A program made the position numbers and the translations under genes. Shown here piece by piece: positions 52,801-64,000 of a DNA stretch of 64,000 nucleotides (within the stretch, counting starts at the first letter, position 1; each line of letters opens with the position of its first letter). The notes under the pieces are model-generated. The model was not told the origin of the DNA. It made no database searches and was given only the letters and a program-made list of their open reading frames with translations. The DNA comes from Phoronis australis (lineage: Eukaryota; Animalia; Phoronida): contig NMRA01000075.1 in NCBI GenBank assembly GCA_002633005.1, forward strand, positions 198,713-262,712. Reading direction: 5' to 3'.

Positions 52801-54553
52801 AATTGCAAGCTTAGTCTTGCTAGCGAATATATGCAAGGGAATGAATGAGAATCTGGGTATAATGAGAAAGCGATTCATTACGGCGTTCTCTCGTTCAGTG
52901 ACTTTACCAGACATAGATGGTTATGAGCATGTGAAAACATTTAGCTCTTTTGTTTAGTGCCAAGCTCAGTCTTTTGTCTGATATGACAACAGGCAAGCCA
53001 ATTATCTACCAGGCTAATTACAGACCACATGTGAAGATAATCAAACCCAGAGTGAATTGTTACATTCGGAAAGAATAGGTTGTCGCAACTTCTGTAATTG
53101 TAGTTGGGTGATTTTGGCGATACAAAAACTAAACATGATCAGCATTTGACGAGGAATTCAGAAATGCTATTGGTTATGGTCAAATATTTTATAACTTAAC
53201 TTTTATTTTTAACAGCTCAGCCCAGTCAGGGTAGATACGATCTTATTGGAGATTAGAGCAATTATCGAACAAAAAAGAGCTGGCCCTCCAACCATAAATG
53301 CCGGAATGGAGCTAATCAGTCGTGTAAGATATTGACTACAGGGGTCATCTTTCCAACTCATTGGGCTATAGAATTTAACAAGTTAGGATCAACGGGAAAA
53401 CACCGTAATGTTCTGGGGCAATGCTCATATTTTTTAAAGTCAGCTGACTTCTCAGACATTGGGGAGAGTTAATACTGATCCTGAATGTTTCCTCCTATTT
53501 GAGATGTTACTGTTTAATTGCTCTTGGTCATTATGTGTTTTTATTGCCTCCTCATTAATTCTGTGCATGATTTTTTTTTCAGCTGGATATTCACATAAGG
53601 AAGGGAACTCATTCAACCGAAGATGATAGTAAGCACAGTGTTAATGTTTCGTTTGTGTTCTTGAGGACACTTCCACAGTTGTTAATTTAGGTCTCCACTG
53701 CCTACTAAAAATTGAGAATGTTTATACTCGCAGCCATCTTGAACATGTCTATTGTGCATTGTGAGGCTATGAACAGGGGAAATTTCTATGTTTATCCGGT
53801 CAATAGAGACCCAGATTTTCAGCTCTGTTTATTATTTATAAGTTTCAACACAATAGCTCAGTTAGGTAACTTGTTGTGACATGGACCACAGTAATCACCA
53901 CAGGTCAAAATGAAGGCTTTCCTGTAAAATGAGAATTTCAGTATTGGTTAGAGAAAAATAGCGGTTATGGTGTGCTTTATTAGCAGCAAGTGTACTAAGT
54001 AAAAATTGTTGTATGCCACGATACTTGTTTAGAATTCAGCACACAATGTGTTCCTGTGTAGGAGTGCTTGAAATATTCACCGTTTCACCTTGTCTGCTCT
54101 GTTGCAACTCCATGTGTGTGCATTAAATTCCTGTAATTAAGTTAAGAATGTTTTGTTTTAGGTCAGCTTTGGGAATCAAAAAAGAAATGGCATTCAATGA
54201 ACGTAAAATCGATGTAGCCTAAGTTTGTATAATTATTATTGTGTTAAGTTGAAGGAAAATGCTTTGTGCATTGTTATTTTGTGGTAAAGGATATTTAGAT
54301 TGTACTTGTATTTGAATTTTTGGCGATAGTCACTTTGATGCAGGAGTGTCGGACTGATGCCTGTAATTCAATGGAGAAAATAGATTCTCAAAATGCAAGA
54401 CCTCTGTAAGTGATTATTACCGAATTTTCAATTTTCATTTTATACATTTTTTCAGTCAACAAGCAAATTAATGACAAGGAGCGCATAGCTGCTGCCATGG
54501 AGAACCCCAACTTAAGGAAACTTGTGCAAGACTGTATAAAGGAAATAGAATAG
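49858..54553 (+). CDS. CIAO2A: Cytosolic iron-sulfur assembly component 2A (FAM96A, MIP18 family); exon 2 truncated by an assembly gap
   Basis: Exons 49858-49930, 50420-50533 up to N50534 ([23 protein letters not shown]), 52136-52185 (GLCLRVKL), 53583-53628 ([15 protein letters not shown]) and 54456-54553 ([28 protein letters not shown]). GLCLRVKL and KQINDKER...AAAMENPNL favour 2A over 2B. Confidence 0.92.
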
Positions 54554-57500
54554 GAAGACAAGCTGGTGGAATTGATTGCTACAGATAATTGTGTCTCTTC
54601 ATGTTTCAAGATCGTTTTCGAGTCTTGAAAATTTTTGCGACATTTTCTGCACATGGAAATGTGACTGGTGCTCTGATTGTCTTATCATGTTAAGGTGCCA
54701 TCTGTGTATCTGTGATCTAGTTTGTTTGCTCTTTATCTAGTCAAATTTGAGGCAGGGCATTAGGATACAATGTAATTATAATTCAGTGACTTTCACTGTT
54801 TGCATGTGCATCTGCTATCCAGCACTTGACATGTATTGGATTTAAGGAAATCCTGATCCTAGGATCTAATCTGTGAACTTATATTCTATTTGGACTTGAA
54901 AGTTAACCAATCCTGTTACATGATTCAAGTGCGAATGAGAAAGATTACTCCAAGTGAACCATGTATTGGCCAGTTTTTGAGTAGTGTCAAGTAGTACATT
55001 ACTTAAATAAGACTTGAGGCTCCCCTTATGTTAAGTGGAATTTTTTGTTCTTAAGTTTGTACATAATGTTTTAATTTGAATAGATGCCCAGAGTAATGAA
55101 TATCTGCTTCTATCTGCAGGTACTTGGACATTTAAAATTTGATTGTGAACGCGATTCAGGTGTTGTTGAATACTTAGGAGTAAAAGTCGCATAAGTCAGA
55201 CATGCATGAAAATTGGATTTTCGCTTTACTCAAACATCTGTGGTACAGCTACTCTATTTCAGGCACTTGTCCTTTCAAATAAGTTAGATTTGTCCTCACA
55301 TGAGTAAAATCCAATCTGACGTGGCGAGTTTTACTTACTATTAAAATAACTACTTTTAAATTCTATTTGGAGTGGGTTAGCAGTGATGAGGCTCAGAACT
55401 GTTGAAGATGAATTAAGCGGTGATGGAATGGATATATTGCAAATGCCTTAACACCAGGAGTAGTCTGAAATGAGAAACTTTTTAATTTATTATTGTATTC
55501 TGGTGAAGTTTGGTGCAGAAATGTTTAACTTATTTTTGTACTAGGCTGTGCATTGCTTTTGCTCGGAAAGTTTTATTTTGACAGAAATACATTAATTATT
55601 AAGTTTATTGTTTTATGATTTTCCCACTAGTATTGCTTATTACATATTACTAGGATTGTAGTCAGTTTGGGAAACATGTTTTTAGCTCATCACATTTTTT
55701 CAGACCTTAAAACTCTTTTCAAGCCAATCTCAAACGTGATACATTTTCATGCATAGTTACACGCGATTATAACAAACAAGAGCAAAGGATAGCGTTGAAA
55801 TGCACCCACAACTGCACTGGAGATGGTAAGCTTCTTGGGATGGTTACTTGTCTTGCCTTGTTTGGTCTACTCATTACAGAGGTGACATCTCCATGCTCAG
55901 GAGGAACTGACAGTTCGTTATTTCTTAAGACAAAGCTTATAGAACTTCTGGTCACTTCTGTTGACATAGGATGTGATTATATCTGAAAATTTCAGTTGAT
56001 CCATTGCTGGTGTTTTATTTACATAATCCACATTTCGTCAAACAAGAGTATCCTTCAGAGGGTCTGGGTCACCTCATTTAGTTTCAAATTCATCCTCGTT
56101 TCTTAGTCTGATGAAATTATAGGGAACTGTCAGTTCTCTCCATGTCTAAAATCCCAACTAATCACATTGACGAACAACCCGAGACCAATTTTATTCCAGT
56201 AAGTGACCCAAACTAAAACTGTTAACAACACGAAGTATAATCAGTGTGTATAAAAGGCTTTTGGACCAGAAGCATCTATACATGAACATCTTGATGAAAT
56301 TATGACGACACTTGAATTGGCTACAGAGAACCTTACATAAAGTCAACTATTGAACGATTCAGACCACTTACTGTTATGAAGTTGGTCTCAGTTTGCTCCT
56401 TGGTCAAATTGGTTCGCAGCTTCGAAAAGGCCGTCTGTTCGTTATTGCTCGAGATTAAGCCCTGCAAGTTGGTTTGTCTTGCACGTCATTTTATGCGTCA
56501 CCTATGGTCTTAAGGAATAACAAGCTCTCAACCCAGCACTTCTTATCTGACTATAGAACAAATTGAGACTTTGGTAAGTGGCTGAAATCAAATGTTTGCA
56601 TTTTGACAGAACGTGGGTTTTTAATTGCTTCAAGCCGTACCGAATGTCAAGTAACAGGACTTCCATATATGTGTGTCTCTAGGCCAATGTGCCTCTTAAT
56701 GAGACTGCCAATACCTGAAATTAGGCACATGCGACCATATGTGAAATTACGGGACTGTGTAAAGCTTGAGTTACCAGAATGGTAGACATTGATACATATT
56801 CAATTTCTAATTTAATAGAATATTAAAAGGTTAACTATTAAATGAAAATGAACAAAAGACAACATTTACATCTGCCTTATGACATGCACCCAAACACCAC
56901 CCACCCCACTNATCCCCCCACTGTCCCACCCCACCCCCTGCACACACGGATTGATTGTCTGAGTTTATAAGTATACCTTAGATGTAGAATTCGTCTTTAA
57001 GTGAAACACTGGGACAAACATTTCTTTGAAAAATTACTGCCATGTCGTATAAAGGCACATGGCGTAAATATGCACATTTTCTTTATTGTGGCGAAATATG
57101 CAAGTGCTTTGACAGCAACTCCATTTTTCAGTAACTAAAGTGCTGAAGTAAGTTGAACAAGTTAGCTCTTTGCTACCCACATTGCTGTACCTGGTATAAA
57201 CATAGGCAGTGGTCTTCATGTGGTAAACACTCAAATTTCTGTCAAGGAGTAGATTTTTAGATCTCTTAAAGCATGCTTAATGTTACTTAATTTTCCAAAC
57301 AAATCTTAGCAAGTCTTACGAAATAATGTACAGGGAATATTGAATTGACCATATCACGTGACCACTTTCAACAATCGACACAATTTTTAATTCTACAAGA
57401 ATGACAAACAGTTACAATTAATACAAAGGTGGGTTCAAGAGTTTTTCATGCTTTATGCACAGAAACAAACTCGAACCTACTGGGTAATGAGCATCTCAAG

Positions 57501-58337
57501 TCGTGATATAGCTGGCACAGACTAATAGTCTATATACTTAAGGACTAGTCAGGTACCAGATTCAGTCAGAACACTTAACAAGTAAAACTGCGAGCTTCAA
57601 AGCACAAGAACAACAGTACGTATTCCTAAAAAAGACGGCATGCAAAAAAGCTCCCATTTGCAATTATCTACCTTATCCTAGCGTTTATGCTTCATGGATT
57701 GAAATACGTGGCGTCATGGCACTCTTAGACTGTGGGGTATATCTGTTTTAGAACAACCCCACCATGGACTTGCGTTACACAAGTCCACAATCCCACCGCT
57801 TATAAATAACACTGTCTGGCTATTGGCACGAAGATTACAAGGTTTGGCAAGACGGTTTCATCAGAAATTTTGGGCATTTTACAGTTTCTCAAAACTTGCA
57901 ATGTGTAAGCCTAAAAAAGAGAACTGTAGGATATATTTATCTGCAGTTCATGTAATACATACGAAGCTTTCTACAAACTGGATGGTCTCTCCAGTGTGAG
58001 ACAGTAAAATTATGTGGACCATTTTTTCTGACTGGAAATTTTTACAATAAGAAAATTATAATTTAAATTCATCGCAAACATCTGCTTCACTCAGATCTGC
58101 AGTGCATGTCTATACAGAGTATTCTCAAACACAGCTGCCAACTACTATATTTTTGACAGCACTTTAAGGAACTAGTCTCAACTTTTCCCGCAATTATTTG
58201 TGTACACAGAAGACACAAAATACCCAACAGTACCTAATGTCCAACACAATATCTATCCAGGATCAAATACGGTGACTACAACTGATTAAAAGCACTCTCA
58301 TATTGTTACAGCTGCTAGTAAGTCCAACATTATGACA

Positions 58338-61300
58338 TCATGCACTTCCCCCTTTGTACGCCAATTTACGTAGGTTGATTTCTTCAAGTTTCTGTACGAC
58401 CCACGAGGCCACAATCTGTGTGTTGGCATCGTCGTACTTATTCAAGAATGGATGCTCCTGAAAATAAGGGTCATATAAAATCGTTAAAAATGCTGCTCCA
58501 ACACTCGTTATCACTTTAAAGCTGCACTTTGCCTCACTTAGCTGGCTTACAAACAAATTGAACCAGGCATTTTACTGCACAGTATCAAATTGAACCAGGC
58601 ATTTTACTGCACAGTATCAAATTGAACCAGGCATTTTACTGCACAGTATCAAATTGAACCAGGCATTTTACTGCACAGTATCAAATTGAACCAGGCATTT
58701 TACTGCACAGTATCAGTCTCATTAACATTCCTTACTGTCAGGATTGTTTCCCTTCCCAACTCAAGTCATAGACAATGCGTACATGAGCCGTTTTAGGGAT
58801 GGTGAGTCCCAATAAACTTTGAAACGTTTTCTAGAGAAACTGATCATTGTGTTATGAGTATTAGCCAGCTAAACAGGTCATCTTTAACTTTAGGTTTTGG
58901 TAGACGTCCTCAGACTTATAAATAATTAAAACACAGAAAAGCATAGTTTCATTAAAAATAAATTCAGAAAGCCAGCAAGTCTTATAAGTGAACTTGTACG
59001 CAACGAACATCAATTCCGGTTTTCTAAATTCCTGTTTAACAGCCTTAATAAGTAAATACGTGACTTGTGGATGGAAACATTAAATCAATTTGAGTTAAAT
59101 GTAAATGTAACTTGTGGTTTGCAATAAATGTAAAAAAGAAATGAGACTAAACTGAGAAAACACATTAAAAAAAGTAAAACATAAAAAGGGATCTTGCACA
59201 TCACCAGAAAAACCTCAGCCAAGAACCAAAAATGAGTGGATACAAAGACCCAGAGTTCCTATTGTGACGACTCAGTGCCAGTAAAATTCCCATATTCCGC
59301 AGTGCCACTCTTCTCGGCCATGAGGTAAGATGATATTGATTGTACAACAGTGGCGCTGTGCGCACAGCGGGCTTCACCGTCTTTTGTCCTTCAGAACAAT
59401 TGGGAAGGGGTGAAATGTGACATACCGCATTCATGGATATTTATCCAGCTTATACCACTTCCTTGAATCCGCATTGCAGCCCACGGCACAGCAGCAATGC
59501 TTTTCCGGCATGACTTAGACATGATATAACATATTAATTACATGTGTAAAAAGTATTCAGACGACAGATGCTAACAAATGAATCTCCATAGGAGCGAAAT
59601 CTAGGCTGCTGTCCTGCCTGCCATATCTGCAGGTGTGCCGCTATTTTGTACCTCATGGGATGGGAGAGCGATCAGTGCAGAAGGCAACAATTCCTCATCA
59701 TAACAGATGTGTACAAGAGGGCTTCATGGTCGGGAGTAACTACAATAATGGGTGAACGGAATTTTGCCCATTCTTTTTGTGGCATCATTCTGTATGTCTC
59801 TTAAGTGGCTATTAACCTGTCTTCCATCACAAAAACCATTTCTGAGTTAAACCACTTGACTTGCCGTAATGAAATTGGTCTTAAATTGTCCCTTTATCAA
59901 ATTGAATGTAGCTTTGAGCTTCGAATGAACTGATAGCTGGTTATGGCTGCCTACAAGGCTATACAAATTGACTTGTCATGGCATGTTATCTTAAGCACCA
60001 AGCATGGTCATAAGGTATAACATACCGCCAGTTGTTTTCAAATCCAAAAATCACTTCTCACCTGAGTAAGCAACACGTCAAGACCAATTCTGTAGTTGCG
60101 TTAAGTAACCTTAATCAAAAGTGACTGGATTACAGGCTTTTCTTATTTACTGCTTTAAAATTCAATGTCAGAGTGTATTTTACTAACCACTAGCACCTCG
60201 GGTGGGGGACGAGACATCGGAGCTCGTTGCATGCTGCAAGAAATATAATACAAAAAATTTACAAATGGCTCATGCTTGTGGACACAACTACAATATGATA
60301 ATCAAAAGTTCTCAAATATCACAGTGACTTTTGCTAAGATGACAATACCATCTATAACTTAAACATGATCTGGTAATAACTCTTTTGCTGAACATGGGGT
60401 GGCTAGTGTTTGGGCAATTATGCTCTCGCATGGACTTGCCTCTGATACATTGATATCATATAATAGCAACTACTAACTTTTAATTGACGTTTAAAAAGCT
60501 TGATGTGTACAACAGAGCACACACAATTTGTTTGTTAGGAAATGCCTGAAAGGGTCACTCTGATAAATGTGGTCTAAGCCATACTTCAGATCAATTGAAG
60601 ATATAAAAATAATCTGTCTACAACATTTATTAACTGAGAAAATTTCGAACATGCATCGTGTTCCTAATCCCCAAACAAAAGAATCTGATCATAAAAGTCC
60701 AGGCAATACGGTAAGTGCTTAAAACAATCCCAACCATTAAGAAGCATTGATTGAAAAATGAGATGTACGTCTGCCTTATAAGTATAATTAAAATAGCCTT
60801 GACTCTGGTAAATAAATTATGATTGAGACAAAATCACAGATCTGTATCACAACTATGTGATTCGTGTCTAATGAGGACCCAGGTTTTTATCCAGATGGGG
60901 TCCAACAAGGTATGAACATAGTAAGTGCTCGAGATTTCTCTGTTATAACAAGTGACCGAGCATGGAGGTCCGCATTCCACAGGACCTTTCCTCTGGGTCT
61001 GCGCCTGCTGTCTCACTGGAAACCTACCATATCTCCAGGAAGTCGGCAAACTCATTAGAGAAGATTCCCCGCGTAAGTTTCGGTGGAGGAGTGCTGACGA
61101 TACAGTTTAACAGATCCATGGGCGTGTTTGCCATCACGGCCGGAGTCTGCAAAGAACAAGATTGTAAGAGATTACATGCGCGGCTTCATTTGAAATGCTT
61201 CCATAACCAAATGATGGTTGTTTAAAGTGATTCTGTTGCGTGTGTTTTCGAAAGCTAAAAAAAACAACAAAATTTCAATTAAGCCATTTACATCCCTAAA

Positions 61301-63102
61301 GTTGGTCTTACATATTCTTTACTGCAACAGGATTTCGTTTCCATTACTAACAAACCTGTAAAAAAAACAGTGACTCAAGAAAACACGTCATTGTTTATTG
61401 GGGTTTGCCAGCCATAAAATTCCGGATTAAAAAATGGCCGATGTACACATTGCATGCAAATTTCGGTAAATCCCGATCAGATGAACACATGGTAATCTTT
61501 TTTAACCACAAAGCGCTCTGGTGAAAAAATTTTAAACATTGACAGCCAAACAGGGGTAAACTACACCTTTAACCCAACAACGCAGAGTCTGTTTGATAAA
61601 AGAGGAATTAGCCTAGCCTTCCTCCTAAATAATGACTAATACTAGTGTTTGGCATTAAGAGCTTCAAGTTTAAGTGAGTCAAGATACAGTGTAACCTTGT
61701 AGTAGCTAATATCAAAAAAGAAATTGAATCTCTTCTTATACAGATTTTCAAATTTTATCACTACTAAAGATTTGAGTATGACTTGAGAATGAATCAGTAA
61801 ATCCAGCAAGTTAACATAATTTTTAAAGGAAATATTGCATGTATGGATGCCAATCAAAATATCTTACCACCGAGTCGTAAGGAAATCGACCAATAGCCAT
61901 CTCAAATAAGGATATTCCCACGCTCCACACATCTGACTGGATTTTGTATTCACTTCCGAGTATTCGCTCAGGCTGTGAGTAAAAAACGTGGGTTACATAA
62001 GATTACTCTTGCAGCAAAGCACAATGGAAAGACAGTGGTGACACCCAATTAACGGCAGATTGGCACTTAGTCCAAAAAAAATCTACAAGCTTTCTGCTTT
62101 CAGAAAATAAATAAATCGCTTCTCTTAATGAGTTAAATTCTGTAGTTTTATCGATAATTAGTTGAATAAAAGCTTGTAGACAGGGTCATACATAACTCTA
62201 AGACATTCTTTGAGGCTTGTTCAAGGAGGGCCAGTAAAATTTTCCAAAAAATATTTCAAAACTTATGTTTCCGACCACAACACCAAGCTCAGTGGCAATT
62301 GTCAGTTGCCAAACTGACAACACTGAAATAGCATACAATCCTCACACAATCAAATTGAAACAGGACAAAAAACTAGAGAAGGCCACAGGCTATTTAAATT
62401 GGANACCCGCTAAGTCATAAAATGGTAATTGCCGACCGAGGACACGCTTAATCCGAATTGGTCGTCTACGCTAGGCGACCAATTAGCCGACCCAAGTGCC
62501 GACCACAGAGGCGACTCAGCAGACGGCTCCTAGCCGACCGTTGTTGGTCGGCTGCTGGTCGGCTAGACGACCGGTCGACGGCCGGTCGTCGACCAATTTC
62601 CGACCGGTCGGCCAAAAATTCGTGATGTGTGCTGTATGTTTCCGACCACAACACCAAGCTCAGTGGCAATTGTCAGTTGCCAAACTGACAACACTGAAAT
62701 AGCATAAATCCTCACACAATCAAATTGAAACAGGACAAAAAACTAGAGAAGGCCACAGGCTATTTAAATTGGACCATAAATTTGAGAAGCTGTGGGTCAA
62801 TTGACCCATACCCACATTTTTCTAAAACAACACTTGAATATTTATCCAATGCATTCACTAAATAGGGTTAGAGTTCTATGACACTGCTGAGCACCTGTTT
62901 TAACAAATTGAGACTATAGCCGGGGACTGGCGAAACGGAATCTCACTAAGAACTAAAGTGTTTATAGAGAGACTTACGGCCATGTAGGCATTACTTCCCA
63001 CATATGTCCTAGCAATAGAGGTCACTAGTTGTACACTGACACCAAAATCACAAAGTTTCACTTGTCCCTGACTATTGACCAACATATTGGATGGCTTCAC
63101 AT
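58338..63102 (-). CDS. MAP2K5: Dual-specificity MAP kinase kinase 5 (MEK5), last five coding exons (gene continues beyond the window)
   Basis: Exons 63102-62978 ([42 protein letters not shown]), 61972-61868 (PERILGSEY...SDVWSVG), 61146-61028, 60233-60188 and 58457-58338 ([19 protein letters not shown]...*). The activation loop SIAxTYVGxNAYMAPER is characteristic of MEK5. Confidence 0.93.
58554..58714. repeat. Minisatellite, 32-bp unit, 5 copies
   Basis: Perfect head-to-tail copies of caaattgaaccaggcattttactgcacagtat in the last MAP2K5 intron. Confidence 0.95.
62264..62773. repeat. 140-bp direct duplication (62264-62403 and 62635-62773) around N62404, enclosing a transposon end
   Basis: tatgtttccgaccacaacacc...tatttaaattgga occurs twice with a 1-bp indel. 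The first copy ends at the N. Confidence 0.85.
62405..62631. mobile_element. Terminal fragment of an EnSpm/CACTA-like element
   Basis: GC-rich island with dense direct and inverted CCGAC/GTCGG motifs. The end reads CACACATCACGAATTTTTGGCCGACCGGTCGG on the minus strand (CAC terminus). The other end is lost in the gap. Confidence 0.5.
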
Positions 63103-63733
63103 CTGAAAGAATTCAAGTTAAATGAAAACAGAGAGAGAACAGTGGACATAGAGGAACACATTAGATTAGGAATAGGGTAATACCCTTCCCATGTACATTA
63201 GAAAATGAATACAAAAATGTGGATTACAGCACAAAATACTACTTATCTGCGGTGCATCTGACGATTCGTCCAGACACATAATTAGGAAATTAACCAGTCT
63301 CCAAATACCTGCTACCAACTTTTAACCTCCTTTAATCACGTTTTGCACCCGTTCAGTTCAGTGGTTTATGTTCAGGTGTATGTTAGTAGTCACTGTTTAT
63401 GTGACCGAGTTCCTGTGTCTTGCAATAGGATCGTCGATGTTTCAAAGCAGAAAAGGTACCAGACAATGTTATATGACACAAATACTATTGACTTTTTATA
63501 TTTTTCTTCCAGGACAAAAGAGAGTGCTATCTCTGTGTAATCCCAGACATCCCTATTTAGACATCCCGGATGCAAAAACATCAGTCGAAATTTTGTTAAG
63601 ATAACAAATGCCTACTCTGACAGATATATTTGTTTTTCAAATCAGTGATAATAGCATGACTGCCCAGTTAATAATCCCTGAAATCCCTAAAAAAACACCA
63701 TGGCCATTCTGCAAGAACTAAACATTAAAATAT

Positions 63734-64000
63734 TTACTGTGCATGTCTCACCTCTGTGCATTACTGTGCATGTCTCACCTCTGTGCATTACTGTGCATGT
63801 CTCACCTCTGTGCATTACTGTGCATGTCTCACCTCTGTGCATTACTGTGCATGTCTCACCTCTGTGCATTACTGTGCATGTCTCACCTCTGTTCATTACT
63901 GTGCATGTCTCACCTCTGTGCATTACTGTGCATGTCTCACCTCTGTGCATTACTGTGCATGTCTCACCTCTGTGCATTACTGTGCATGTCTCACCTCTGT
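63734..64000. repeat. Minisatellite, 27-bp unit, about 10 copies, running off the window
   Basis: Unit ttactgtgcatgtctcacctctgtgca, with one variant copy, in a MAP2K5 intron. Confidence 0.95.

Noticed and set aside
58554-58714. 32-bp repeats of CRISPR-like length
   Set aside because: The units are head-to-tail with no spacers, there are no cas genes, and they lie in a eukaryotic intron: a minisatellite.
63687-63977. ORF encoding MHRGETCTV repeats
   Set aside because: It is a by-product of a stop-free 27-bp minisatellite in a MAP2K5 intron.

Overview
AT-rich, intron-containing animal genomic DNA. It is most likely from a lophotrochozoan invertebrate, inferred from a WntA-like gene and the repeat content. 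I reconstructed six spliced host genes exon by exon from GT-AG junctions and reading phase: the 3' part of a Wnt (WntA-like, +), USE1 (-), a SAXO5/TEX45-like microtubule inner protein (+), NDUFA13 (-), CIAO2A/FAM96A (+, broken by an assembly gap) and the 3' part of MAP2K5/MEK5 (-). USE1/SAXO5 and NDUFA13/CIAO2A are head-to-head pairs. Between the Wnt and USE1 3' ends (about 13.5-27.4 kb) is a transposon-rich tract. It holds a Penelope-like inverted repeat with a degenerate hammerhead motif, a full-length but decayed piggyBac with a nested Harbinger-type MITE, a TA-flanked Tc1/mariner-type element, a Gypsy LTR/PBS/gag remnant, decayed SETD8-like SET-domain exons, and three tandem decayed copies of a roughly 335-aa gene I cannot assign to a family. 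The first introns of USE1 and NDUFA13 each carry a near-identical ~815-bp element with no TIRs, nested in older TIR elements. Three single N positions mark contig joins, and two of them have haplotype-overlap duplications. The most notable observations are the Wnt index finger that has lost both cysteines of one disulfide, the SET-plus-unknown-gene cassette, and the TIR-less young element. All family assignments come from recognising motifs by eye; no database search was run.
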